In this document: in pieces, positions 17,793-27,745 of the stretch
Layout of the letters: each line of letters begins with the position of its first letter
Numbering within the stretch: position 1 is the first letter of the stretch
Origin: an uncultured delta proteobacterium
Lineage (GTDB): Bacteria; Myxococcota_A; Polyangia; Polyangiales; B10-G4
NCBI GenBank assembly: GCA_963727445.1
Contig: CAVSGI010000021.1
Span: forward strand, 1 to 64,000
Reading direction: 5' to 3'
Length of the DNA: 64,000 nucleotides
Made by a program: the position numbers and the translations under genes
Notes under the pieces: generated by a model
The model's input: the letters and a program-made list of their open reading frames with translations, nothing else
Told to the model about the DNA's origin: nothing
The model's database searches: none

Positions 17793-18389
17793 ATGAGTGA
17801 ACAAATTCCGCCGATCGCAGCCATCGTCACCCACCGCGTCGAGGACTTCGACAAGTGGAAGACGGCCTTCGACGCCAACCAGTCGGCGCGCAAGAGCGCC
17901 GGCATCCTGGGCCATCACCTGAACCGCGGCGCCGACGACCCCAACTTGGTCGCCGTCTACCTGCCCGCTTCCGACGAGGCGAAGCTCCGCGCGTTCTTCA
18001 CGGATGACGACCTTCGGAGCGTCATGAAGGAAGCCGGAGTCGCGGGCACGCCGTCGATCAAGGTGGTGAAGCCGCGTTCGGTCGACGTGGATTTCGACGC
18101 GGAACGCGCGAGCATGATCGTCGTGCACCCGGTGGAGAGCTACGGCGCCTGGCGGGAGGCCTACGACGGCTTCGACGCCCGGCGACAGGAGATGGGGATC
18201 ACGGGGCACGCCGTGAACGTGCTCTCCGATGACGAACAGACCGTCGTGGTCTACCACCAGGCGAAGGACGTGAAGGCGCTCGAGGCGTTCGCGTCGAGCG
18301 ACGAGCTGAAGAACCGCATGAAGGACGCTGGCGTGAGTGGTCCGCCCGACATCGCGTTCTGGAACTCCTCACCGGCGGTTCAGTACTGA
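17793..18389 (+). CDS. Tandem ABM-like domain protein
   Basis: Two repeats of HxVE-x(F/Y)xxW...MKxAGVxGxP; AGGAG RBS. Confidence 0.75.
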   Translation: MSEQIPPIAAIVTHRVEDFDKWKTAFDANQSARKSAGILGHHLNRGADDPNLVAVYLPASDEAKLRAFFTDDDLRSVMKEAGVAGTPSIKVVKPRSVDVDFDAERASMIVVHPVESYGAWREAYDGFDARRQEMGITGHAVNVLSDDEQTVVVYHQAKDVKALEAFASSDELKNRMKDAGVSGPPDIAFWNSSPAVQY

Positions 18390-18415
18390 GCGCACAGAGC
18401 GGGTGAGCGATGGCA

Positions 18416-18446
18416 TGGCCCCCCCTTGACGGAAGGGGAGGGCCAA
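18416..18446. terminator. Possible hairpin terminator between convergent genes
   Basis: TGGCCCCCCCTT-gacgg-AAGGGGAGGGCCA; no U-tract. Confidence 0.35.
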
Positions 18447-18583
18447 GGTCGATTCTCTCTCCCCGCCAGTTCGTCGTGCAGCGCGAGGTCTTAGTCGGTG
18501 ACCTGTGCGCTCGGCGTGGCTCGACGCCCGGCACCAGTTGCCTTGCGACGGCGTGACGTATCACCGGGTCGACGTCGGCGGCG

Positions 18584-19540
18584 TCAAGGGACGGTCACGA
18601 CGACCTTGCCGTAGGCGCGTCCTTCCGCCACGTGGCGGACCGCCTCCGCGGCCTCTTCGAGCGGATAGGTCTGGTCGATGACGGCGCGGAGGTCGCCGGC
18701 GACGACTCGGTCGACGACCCAGTCGAGACCGCGGTTGGGGGTGACGATGCATAGCTCGAGGGTGCGGTCGCCGCGCGAGAGCAGGCGGCCGACGGTGTTC
18801 ACGGCGAGGAGGTTGGGGACGTGGCCGCCGACCATGAGGTAGCGCCCGCCGGGGCGTAGGGCGCGGTGGTAATCGCGCATGGAGTGGGCGGCCACGAGGT
18901 CGAGGATGAGGTCGTAGGTGGTGCCGGTCGCGGTGAAGTCGGTCTTCGCGTAGTCGACGACGTGGTCGGCGCCGAGCTCGCGCAGGAGGTCGAGCTTCGC
19001 GGCCGAGTCGATGGCGGTGACCTCGGCGCCGAGGCGCTTCGCGATCTGCACGGCGAAGGTCCCGGCGCCGCCGCCCGCGCCGTTGATGGCGACGAGCATG
19101 CCCTCCGCGACGCCCCGGTCCCTGAGGCCCTGGACGCCGATCACCGCCGACTGCGGGAGCGCAGCCGCCACCTCGAACGAGAGCTCTGGCGGCTTGCGGG
19201 TGAGCTCCGTCGCGGGCGCGGCGCAGTACTCGGCGAAGCCGCCAAACGAGTACAAGAGGTCGCCGAAGACGTCGTCGCCCTCTTTCCACTCGGTCACCGC
19301 GGGCCCCACCTCGACGACCGTTCCTGCGACGTCCGACCCGAGCACCCTGAACTTCGGCGCGAACATCCCGAACCCACGGATGTAGGCCGGTCGGGCGGTG
19401 AGGAACTCGACGTCCGAAGCGTTCACCGAGGTCGCCCGAACCTCGATCAGCACCTGACCTTCGGCGGGCTTCGGCCTGTCGACCTCCTCGAGCCGCATCA
19501 CCTCGGGAGGGCCGTACCTTCGGTTCACGATCGCGCGCAT
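18584..19540 (-). CDS. NAD(P)-dependent MDR oxidoreductase (quinone reductase/ADH-like)
   Basis: YGPPEV, LGSDVAG, INGAGGGAGTFAVQIAK, GKVVV. Confidence 0.9.
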   Translation of the reverse strand: MRAIVNRRYGPPEVMRLEEVDRPKPAEGQVLIEVRATSVNASDVEFLTARPAYIRGFGMFAPKFRVLGSDVAGTVVEVGPAVTEWKEGDDVFGDLLYSFGGFAEYCAAPATELTRKPPELSFEVAAALPQSAVIGVQGLRDRGVAEGMLVAINGAGGGAGTFAVQIAKRLGAEVTAIDSAAKLDLLRELGADHVVDYAKTDFTATGTTYDLILDLVAAHSMRDYHRALRPGGRYLMVGGHVPNLLAVNTVGRLLSRGDRTLELCIVTPNRGLDWVVDRVVAGDLRAVIDQTYPLEEAAEAVRHVAEGRAYGKVVVTVP

Positions 19541-19766
19541 CGCAGGTCCTCATGTACGCGCCGCCGGCGGGAGATCACTCAGCCGGGACCAAATCCGGGG
19601 GCGACGGCTACGTGACCGCCGGCGGCCCTGTGCTCGCGGTCACTGCGATCGAATCGACAGGCCGCCGAGCGCGCCTACCGATCCGTCGAGGTCATCCAGC
19701 TCGAGGGTAAGCACTTTCACAGTGACATCGGATGGCAAGCGCGGTCCGGCCAGCTACTATGAACCC

Positions 19767-20591
19767 ATGCGGGCGGCTGTCCTCGTGCTCTCCCTGGGCT
19801 TCGTTGGCTGTGGCCGCGCTGGCTTCGAGGAGATGGACGGGGCCGCCGACTCGACCGTCGACACCAGCATGGTGGAGACGGGTGTCGACGCCGCGCCCGA
19901 CGCACTGCCCGATGCGACGCCCGACGCCGTGACCGATTCGGCGGTGGACGCCCCCATGGACGCGGTCGTCGACGGCACCCCCGATGCGAGCCTCGACGCT
20001 GCGATGGATTCGGGTAGCGACGGGGATGCGGGCTCTCCCTGCGCAGCCGAATGCTTCTACGACCTGTCGGTGTCTGGGGCCGCGCCTGCGTGCACGGGCT
20101 CGGCTTCCGTCACGGCGAGCGCGATCGCGATGAGCCAGATGACGGCCGTCATCGACATGACCGGGTTCACATCCGTCACGGTGGCGCTCGACGCGTGCGA
20201 CGTGACCGGGTTCTCTTTTCACTTCGGCGACTCGCCTACGAACGATGGCTACGGCGGGGACGCCGGAAGCACGTCGAACGACGCCGAGGTCCACGTCACC
20301 GCAGGTAGCCTCTCCGTGTACGGGAACGATTCGGTCAGTCCGGGGCTTCAGGGGACGATCGCCGATGTCCTCCCCACCGCCGGCTGCGGCTCCTACGAGA
20401 TCACCTTCGCGGACCAGCAGATTACCACGCCCACCATGGTGTTCACCGGGCCCCAGTTCCTGCGCATCGATCCCCCGACCGATACGGAAGGCACCCCCGA
20501 CGCGCTCTGGTACCTCGGCGTGAACCGAACCTACGGCAACGCCGGACGGACGGGTACGGGCACGACTACCGCCGCGCTCTGCTTTCGCTGA
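19767..20591 (+). CDS. Lipoprotein with acidic low-complexity linker
   Basis: LSLGFVGC lipobox; DA-rich linker; globular C-terminus. Confidence 0.7.
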   Translation: MRAAVLVLSLGFVGCGRAGFEEMDGAADSTVDTSMVETGVDAAPDALPDATPDAVTDSAVDAPMDAVVDGTPDASLDAAMDSGSDGDAGSPCAAECFYDLSVSGAAPACTGSASVTASAIAMSQMTAVIDMTGFTSVTVALDACDVTGFSFHFGDSPTNDGYGGDAGSTSNDAEVHVTAGSLSVYGNDSVSPGLQGTIADVLPTAGCGSYEITFADQQITTPTMVFTGPQFLRIDPPTDTEGTPDALWYLGVNRTYGNAGRTGTGTTTAALCFR

Positions 20592-20662
20592 TTCAGGGAG
20601 CCTGCTGCGAGCGCGGTCGTCCGTGCTCGGCGTGTCGGAGTCCACCTCGTTGATCACGGCGG

Positions 20663-20687
20663 CCGAGAAGAGGGTGATCTGTCGAGT
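20663..20687 (-). repeat. R1 core remnant
   Basis: CCGAGAAGAGGGTGATCTGTCGAGT versus R1 CCGAGAAGGTATGATCTGTCGACT. Confidence 0.5.
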
Positions 20688-21133
20688 TCCACTGAGGGGC
20701 TGACTCCGCGTATCGTCGCCGCCGAGAGCTGGAATGGGCGCGAACGAACGGCCGGTGAAGCGGTCCCCGTGGCGGTGGTCCCTCGGTGCGATCGTCGTCG
20801 TCGCGGGGCTGGTGGGTCGCCGGTCTCCGACTCGCTCCGCGACCGCGAGCTCCTCCTCCGTGGCTCGCTTCGCCTGGAGGTCGCCGCGCGCCTCGACCGC
20901 CTCGACGACCCGATCGGCATCAACCCCACGGACGGCTCACCGATCGAGTATGAGCCGAGCGCGTCCCGCTGGCGCGCCACGCTGACCTCCGGGAGCGATC
21001 CCGACTACCGGCAAGGGATCGCGATCACCGAGCCCCGGCAGCCGGAGTGATGTGTGGAACCAGATCCACTCCATCGAGGTACTCACCCACGCGGCCGAGA
21101 CGAGGTCGTCGCCGCGTTCGGATGCGACCCCGC

Positions 21134-21568
21134 TCAGGCCATCAGGGCCACGTAGACCGTGGCGGTGCCCAGGTAGAGGACGATGAGGTAGGCGGGGATG
21201 GTCGCGACTGCGACCCGCCTCGGATTGATCTTCGAGACGTCTCGGCCGAGCAGAACCGGGTATGCACAGCGGAGAACGACGTAGACGGCGCCTAGGGCGG
21301 TGGCATTTGCAACTGAGACGAACACGCTGTGCAGCCACAGCGTCACGAGGAACGGGACCATCTGCTCCTGCGTGTTGGCCACCGCGCGATCGGCCGCGAG
21401 CATCCGCCCGTCTTGGCCGAAGTACCGGTCGAACACCTCCCCCCGCGCCGCGTACTCGTCGCGCAGCCGGTACTTCGTACCGCGTTGTCGGCCGAGCAGG
21501 AGGTAGTACCAGAGCCCGAAGTACGCGGCGGTGACGAGGATGGGACCGAGGTAGTCACTAGCGGTCAT
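21134..21568 (-). CDS. MAPEG-family membrane protein
   Basis: DRAVANTQEQMVPFL, YVVLRCAY; four hydrophobic segments. Confidence 0.8.
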   Translation of the reverse strand: MTASDYLGPILVTAAYFGLWYYLLLGRQRGTKYRLRDEYAARGEVFDRYFGQDGRMLAADRAVANTQEQMVPFLVTLWLHSVFVSVANATALGAVYVVLRCAYPVLLGRDVSKINPRRVAVATIPAYLIVLYLGTATVYVALMA

Positions 21569-21689
21569 GAATCGCTCCGGTTCGAGAAGATGCAGCGGGG
21601 GTCATCGCATCTTATCGAACACGGGTGATCCATGGCGCTCGACGGAGAGGCCGAGAGGCGTCGCCGGCGGCGATGTTCCGGATCTCGCA

Positions 21690-22155
21690 CTGCAGGTGTA
21701 TCGAGCGTCCCGGGATCGGAGCCCACGAGAACCAGATGATGCGGAGGCTCCACCTCGGCGACGCGCCAGGACGGGTAGTCGCTGGGGTTGGAGCGGATGA
21801 TGTCTCCGACGTGCAGCTTCGCGTGTTCGGGGATCAACCGGTCGGCGCTGTGAATGTCGCAACCCACCAGGTTTTCGAGTGCATCGAAGCTGTAGAATCC
21901 GCCGCGCCCCTGCCCGATCTGCGCGAGCCACGGCCACACGACCCTGGGCGGCGCGTCGATGGTGATCGCCCGCGTGTACCCCAGCTTCGCGTGAGGGACG
22001 AGCTCGTCACCGGGCATCGTGCGCTGCCGCTCTTCGGGCGTCGCACCACGCCGGTTGTAGAAGCCCCGCAGGAGCGGCGCCGCCAACAGCGTCCCGACAA
22101 CCTGCCCACCACCCACGACCAAGTCGCGAAGCCACGAAGCTCGGCTCAGGGCCAT
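21690..22155 (-). pseudogene. SRPBCC-like protein, 3'-truncated
   Basis: [35 protein letters not shown]; sequence degenerates after ~155 aa. Confidence 0.7.
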
Positions 22156-22266
22156 CTCAGCCTCGCACGTCGGCGCTCATCGCCCTGATGTACGCACTCT
22201 GGTCCAACCGTCAAACATGATTGCGGTCCCTGAAACAGCAGACGGATGGTGAAGAACTTCGTGATG

Positions 22267-22325
22267 AGAGATAGGTAGCCTCACCTCGAGCGGCCCAGGT
22301 CGCGAGAGTCCGTTTGTGATGGCGA
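22267..22325 (-). repeat. Diverged R1 half copy (TA-proximal arm)
   Basis: Hairpin followed by GAGTCCGTTTGTGATGGC, matching the copy A end. Confidence 0.5.
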
Positions 22326-22422
22326 CCTTGGCCGCGCCGATCGTCGGCGGATCTCCCCCCAAAATCGTGCCTGTCGAGGTCGTCTTCGCGACGTTCGGGG
22401 TTACATCCGGGCTGAGGTCGCA

Positions 22423-24048
22423 ATGCTCTTTCGAAATACTGTGGGTCTGGCTGCTCTCGCGGCCGCTTTGATGGGCTGGGGCTGCAATACGGAGCCGGCG
22501 GCGCCCGACACTGGCGTCCGGGATACCGGCGTCGCGGACGCAGACGCGGGTATCGCGGACTCCGGCGTCGATGCGGGTCCTTCCGGCCCGCAGCAGGAGA
22601 CCATCGGCGACGACACGCTGGTCACCCTCACGGAGGGGAGCCTGATCCCCGAACGCCCCACCGACGACGCTACGCGCTTCGATGCGTTGGTGAGCTACCT
22701 CCGAAGCGATCCCGGTCGCTTTGGCGCAGCAGGCGTGGAGCCGAGCTCGCTCACGTTCGTCGAGGCGGTGGCACAGAACCAGATCAAGGACGAGGCCGGG
22801 GCGACGTTCACGCTGGTGGCGCTTCATCAGACCTTCATGAACGCGCCCGTGATCGACGAGATGCAAATGGCCATCTTCGCTTCGACGACGGACGGCGACG
22901 AGCTGCGGCGGGTGCGCGCGCACCTGCGCGACCCGGCGACGCTGCCGACGCCGCCGGACCCGACGGTGGTGTCTCCGGGTCGAATCGCCCCGACGGTCGC
23001 GGACCTCATCGCCACGTACGCGCTGTCTGCCGACGCCACCACCACCGGCGACGCTCCGGTCATCGTCGCTGGTGACGCGATCGCGGGCTATCCCGTATCG
23101 CAGTTCGTGCCCAGTGAGACGGGGGCCCTCGGCCGATTCCGGGCCGTGGTGGATCCGAGCGACATGCGCGTGTCGGTCATCGTCAACCAGCCACCTTGTG
23201 ACGCGTCTCGACCCCCGCCCGCCGGGGAGACGCTCGTGGACGTGCCACACACGGCCGTGCCGATTCCCGGGCTGACGGACCTGCGATTCATTCGGGTCCA
23301 AGCGGTCGTCGTGTCGAACGATGACGGGTCCAGCCGATCTTCGATCACCAACGACCAGATCAAGATCTGGGTCGACGAGGCCAACGCGCTGTGGACGCCG
23401 GAAGCCAGGATCGTGCTTCTGTTCGATGCCACGCCGGGCTCGGAAGACGTCTCCGCGTGGAGCTCCAGCATCTTGAACGTGGAGACGACCAACGATGCGG
23501 AGGACTCCGTCTACTCGGCGACCGGAAACCTCATCGGCAAGGTGCTCTACCCACATCGACTGGTCATATTCTTCCGAAAGTTCGGGACGCCGGGCTGGAG
23601 CTGGGGCCCGCAGACCGACTTCTTCATCTCGATGCCCGAGTACACGAACGGCGGAATCTGGAAGCCGCTCAGCGGCGGCCTCCTTCCAAACGACCGGCTC
23701 CTGGCGCACGAGCTCGGCCACTACATGGGATTGGCCCACACGTTCCCGGGCGGCGCCTGTGCGGAGCTCACGCCGCTCTACAGCGACGGGGACGCGACCG
23801 GGCAGCTGCCCAACGACCCGAGCGACGACGTTCTCGATACCAACTCCGACCTGAGCGACGTGTGCTACCCGACCGAATCGTTGATGTGTATCGGCGGCGG
23901 CATCATCTACAACGACCTGACGTGGCTGCCGCCCTGGAACAACATCATGTCCTATCACGACTGTCTTCCGCAGGACATCTCCGATGACCAGGTCGCGGTC
24001 ATCGACCACACGATGATGAACCCGAATCGCAGCGTGCTTCTCGAGTAG
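22423..24048 (+). CDS. Metzincin (M43-like) metalloprotease lipoprotein
   Basis: Lipobox GWGC; AHELGHYMGLAHTF; NIMSY Met-turn. Confidence 0.85.
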   Translation: MLFRNTVGLAALAAALMGWGCNTEPAAPDTGVRDTGVADADAGIADSGVDAGPSGPQQETIGDDTLVTLTEGSLIPERPTDDATRFDALVSYLRSDPGRFGAAGVEPSSLTFVEAVAQNQIKDEAGATFTLVALHQTFMNAPVIDEMQMAIFASTTDGDELRRVRAHLRDPATLPTPPDPTVVSPGRIAPTVADLIATYALSADATTTGDAPVIVAGDAIAGYPVSQFVPSETGALGRFRAVVDPSDMRVSVIVNQPPCDASRPPPAGETLVDVPHTAVPIPGLTDLRFIRVQAVVVSNDDGSSRSSITNDQIKIWVDEANALWTPEARIVLLFDATPGSEDVSAWSSSILNVETTNDAEDSVYSATGNLIGKVLYPHRLVIFFRKFGTPGWSWGPQTDFFISMPEYTNGGIWKPLSGGLLPNDRLLAHELGHYMGLAHTFPGGACAELTPLYSDGDATGQLPNDPSDDVLDTNSDLSDVCYPTESLMCIGGGIIYNDLTWLPPWNNIMSYHDCLPQDISDDQVAVIDHTMMNPNRSVLLE

Positions 24049-24413
24049 CGAAGGCGGAGCGAAGCGTTCCTCAGAGGCTGGTCTCGGGCTTGCAGCGCTG
24101 CGGCTCGATGCTTCGATTCTTCCTCCCCCTCTTCCGTCTCATTCTCCTGCCCACCTTCGGGGCCGTCGTCGAGCCCGACTTGTCGATGTCGGAGAAGTCG
24201 TTGTTCAGGAGCACCAGGGTGAGCCCCGCGATGGTGAACCCGCCGAGCACCGAGAGGCCGGTGCCCAACATGACGAGGATCGCCGGCGACAACGTGTAGC
24301 TCGATCCCGCACTCGGCAGGACCTCTCTTCGGCGGCCGTGGACTCGGGCGGGGGTGGGGGCGGGCCGGTCGGCGGTTGCGACATCGTCCACGAGCGTGCA
24401 TGTAAGCGCGGCG

Positions 24414-25844
24414 ATGCGAGGGAAGCGCGTGCTGAAAGCGGCCGGAGCCGCGATGGAGGAGGCGACTACGTTCGAAGAGTGGTGCGAGGCGGCAGCCGAG
24501 CACGATGCGCTCTCCGGCGCCGAGGCCTGGCGGGCCGAGGACGAGTCGAGCCACTACGACGCGGCGAGCCTGCGAGAGAGCATCGCGGCGCTTCGCACCG
24601 CGCGAGAGTCTGGCGACGGGCTCCATCTCGCGGCGCTCTTGACCGAAGACCTCTACCGTCATCTGAACGACCTCGCCACGCCGGATCTCTACGAGCGCGC
24701 TTACTGCGGCACGAAGCATTTGGCAGAGAGATATCTGGCCGAGTCGGAGAGGTCGCTCCGCTGGCTCGCAGCGTGGGACGCCCCCCAGCTCACCCCCTCG
24801 GACAAGCGGAAGCGCTTCGAGCGCGCCCACCAGGTGTTCGGTCGCACCGCCCTCTTGCTCTCGGGGGGAGCAACCTGGGGATTCCATCACCTCGGCGTGG
24901 TCAAGGCGTTGCTCGCACGCAATCTGTTGCCACACATCATCTCCGGGTCGAGCACCGGCGCAATGGTCGCGGCCGGCGTCTGCGCGCGGAACGACGAAGA
25001 GCTGCGCGGGCTCTTCGACGATCCCTCGCAGATGCGCCTCGACGGGCTGGTTCCGCTGGGCGCGGCCCGCTCGCTCCAGACAGGCGCTTGGCTCGATCCC
25101 GAGAAGCTGTACGAGGTACTTCTGCACAACTGCGGTGAGTGGACTTTCGCCGAGGCCTTCGCGCGCAGCGGGCGCGCCCTCAACATCTCGGTATCCCCGA
25201 CCCGACACCGTCAGAAGCCGCGCCTGTTGACCCATTTGACGGCGCCGGACGTGCTGATCGCGCGGGCGGCCGTCGCGTCGAGCGCCATGCCCGGGCTCTT
25301 TCCGCCCGTCGTATTGCACAAGCGCGATCACGACGGTCAGATCGTCGACTACATTCCCTCGGAGCGCTGGGTCGACGGCTCCCTCTACGGAGACTTGCCG
25401 AAGCAGCGGCTCTCCCGTCTCCACAACGTGAACCATTTCATCGTCAGCCAGACCAACCCGTTCGTGCTGCCCCTGATGCAGCATGGGCAGAAGCGAGGCC
25501 TCCGCGCGGCGGCCGCGGGGGTCGTCAGCGCCACCGTGCGTGGGCAGGGTGGATATGCCGCCGACCTCGCCCGGCGCGCGGGTCCGCGTGGCCCGGTCGG
25601 CAAGCTCGCCGAGCAGGCCTACGCGTTCGTGAACCAGGAGTTCCAGGGCGACATCGACATCCACCCTCGGCTGACCTGGGACAGCTACAAGAAGGTCGTC
25701 AGCAACCCGACCTACGAAGAGCTCGACCGCTTCATCCTCCAAGGCGAGCGCGCTGTGTGGCCGCAGATCGCGAAGATCCGGAATCAAACGCGGATCGGAA
25801 GAGCGTTCCACGAGTGCATCACGGAGCTCGGCGATGGCGATTGA
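24414..25844 (+). CDS. Patatin-like lipase with DUF3336-type N-terminus
   Basis: LSGGATWG, GSSTG, WVDGS, NVNHFIVSQTNP. Confidence 0.9.
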   Translation: MRGKRVLKAAGAAMEEATTFEEWCEAAAEHDALSGAEAWRAEDESSHYDAASLRESIAALRTARESGDGLHLAALLTEDLYRHLNDLATPDLYERAYCGTKHLAERYLAESERSLRWLAAWDAPQLTPSDKRKRFERAHQVFGRTALLLSGGATWGFHHLGVVKALLARNLLPHIISGSSTGAMVAAGVCARNDEELRGLFDDPSQMRLDGLVPLGAARSLQTGAWLDPEKLYEVLLHNCGEWTFAEAFARSGRALNISVSPTRHRQKPRLLTHLTAPDVLIARAAVASSAMPGLFPPVVLHKRDHDGQIVDYIPSERWVDGSLYGDLPKQRLSRLHNVNHFIVSQTNPFVLPLMQHGQKRGLRAAAAGVVSATVRGQGGYAADLARRAGPRGPVGKLAEQAYAFVNQEFQGDIDIHPRLTWDSYKKVVSNPTYEELDRFILQGERAVWPQIAKIRNQTRIGRAFHECITELGDGD

Positions 25845-25983
25845 CGGTGACCTCGAGTTCTCCGAAGGCCGCGCTGTAGGCTGACGCGTCGCTGGTGGTG
25901 GAGTCGTCGCCGCACGCGAAGAGAAGCGAGCTCGCGAAGAGGATGGTGGCGAAAGAGCGATGGGTGTCATGGCGCGAGGGCAT
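25845..25983 (-). pseudogene. 5' remnant of a lipoprotein gene
   Basis: Signal plus LLFACGDDSTTSDAS, then runs into the convergent gene. Confidence 0.5.
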
Positions 25984-26073
25984 GTCAGGAGTTTTCCCCT
26001 CGACCGAGGTTCTTCCCTGGGTCACATTGCGCTGCCCTAACCACAGCGGCCAAGGGCAGTAATTTCGAGTCCC

Positions 26074-27282
26074 ATGCGTCTGCCCGCCGTCCTTTCGTCG
26101 CTCCGAGATCAGGGAGTCATCGACGAAGTCATCAGGCCGCTCAAGAGCGGCAAAGAAGCCCAGGTGTATCTCGTGGAGGCTGGCGGCGAAGCCCGCGTGG
26201 CCAAGGTCTACAAGGACGCCGACCACCGCTCTTTCAGACAGCGGGCGACCTACACGGAGGGACGGCGCGTTCGGAACACCCGCGACCAGCGGGCGATGGA
26301 CCGGCGCACGCGCCACGGCAAGTCGCAGGAAGAGGCGGCGTGGAAGTCGGCCGAGGTCGACATCATCCATCGGCTTCACGCTCAGGGAGTCCGGGTCCCG
26401 ACGCCTTACAACTTCATCGACGGCGTGCTGATCATGGAGCTGGTCCGTGGTGACGACGGCCTCCCGGCGCCTCGGCTCGCCGAGCTCGCGTTCGACCCCG
26501 CGACGGCACGTCTGTTCTTCGACCGCCTCTTGAGCGAGGTCGTGAAGATGCTCTGTGCGGGGATCGTCCACGGAGACCTCTCCGACTACAACGTCCTGGT
26601 GGATGTCGACGGTCCCGTGATCATCGACTTTCCGCAATCGGTGGACGCCGCACAGAACCGTAACGCCAAGAAGCTGCTGATCCGTGATGTCGACAACCTC
26701 GGCGCGTTCCTTCAGCGATTTGTCCCGAGCGCGCGCCGAAGGCCGTATGGGCAGGAGATCTGGACGGCGTACGAGAAGAACCGACTGACGCCGGACATGG
26801 AGCTGACCGGGCAGGTGGCCCGCGATCGGCGCGTGACGGACATGAGCGCGCTCCTCGACGAGATCGAGGACGCGAACCGCGACGAGCAGCGGCGGCGCGA
26901 CGTGTCGGGTGTTGGTGCGCCGCGACCTCGTCGGCGCGAAGTGATCATGACCCCGTCGCGCGACCGCGACGACCGTGGTCCTGGGCGGTCGCGTCGTCGT
27001 CGCGGTGGCCGACCGAATGGGTCTGGGCAACAGGGCGGCCGGCCGAACGGCTCGGGTCGAGATGGCGGCCGGCCGAACGGTTCTGGGCGAGATGGTGGTC
27101 GTTCGCCGGTGTCGACCCAGGGTGCTCGGCCGGGCGAGTCGCCCGGCGGGTCGTCGGGCCGGCCTTCTGGGCCAGGTGCCGACGCTGGCGACAAAGCGCC
27201 GAAGCGACGACGACGACGACGACGCCGTCGTCGCGGTGGCGGTGACGGTGGCTCCGGCGGCGAGCCGACGCGGTCGACGTGA
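26074..27282 (+). CDS. RIO1-family kinase with Arg/Gly-rich tail
   Basis: LKSGKEA, AKVYK, IVHGDLSDYNVL, IIDFPQ. Confidence 0.92.
   Translation: MRLPAVLSSLRDQGVIDEVIRPLKSGKEAQVYLVEAGGEARVAKVYKDADHRSFRQRATYTEGRRVRNTRDQRAMDRRTRHGKSQEEAAWKSAEVDIIHRLHAQGVRVPTPYNFIDGVLIMELVRGDDGLPAPRLAELAFDPATARLFFDRLLSEVVKMLCAGIVHGDLSDYNVLVDVDGPVIIDFPQSVDAAQNRNAKKLLIRDVDNLGAFLQRFVPSARRRPYGQEIWTAYEKNRLTPDMELTGQVARDRRVTDMSALLDEIEDANRDEQRRRDVSGVGAPRPRRREVIMTPSRDRDDRGPGRSRRRRGGRPNGSGQQGGRPNGSGRDGGRPNGSGRDGGRSPVSTQGARPGESPGGSSGRPSGPGADAGDKAPKRRRRRRRRRRGGGDGGSGGEPTRST
27005..27100 (+). repeat. 30-bp coding tandem repeat (GGRPNGSG x3)
   Basis: GGYGGCCGRCCGAAYGGNTCNGG units in the RIO1 tail. Confidence 0.75.
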
Positions 27283-27294
27283 GCCCGCGTCGCC

Positions 27295-27688
27295 TCACCT
27301 GAGGCGAAGTCTCATCGCACGCAGGACGGCACCGCTGGAGCCGCCACCGCCTCCCGCGCCCCCCAATTGCCGTCGCTGCCGCCGACGAGGGGCGAGAGCT
27401 CGCCGGGCGCGATCGCTGCGGCCCCCGGCCCGCCGGAGGCGCCCGCGCCTCCACCGCCTCCCGCGCCTCCTGCTCCACACAGAGTCCGCCACCCTGCATC
27501 GACTGGCGGCACCTCTCCGCGGGCGTCGGGTCCGCGTAGTCCTCCGGCTCCGTCTCGCTCGCGGACGACCCACCCATCAACTGCTGAATCGCGTCGCAGC
27601 CGCTCGAGGCCATCAGCAGCGCCACGACCTGAACGATGAACATCGCGCGGACGCGCGGTATCGACAACGTCATCTCACGGAAAAACAC
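27295..27688 (-). pseudogene. Small lipoprotein, probably frameshifted
   Basis: LLMASSGC lipobox; the C-terminus appears to switch frame in a G-rich tract. Confidence 0.4.
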
Positions 27689-27745
27689 GAGGGGCGCCGA
27701 CCGAGTAGGCTTGCGCTACTCTCCGGCGTGCGCTTTGTCGGCCGT

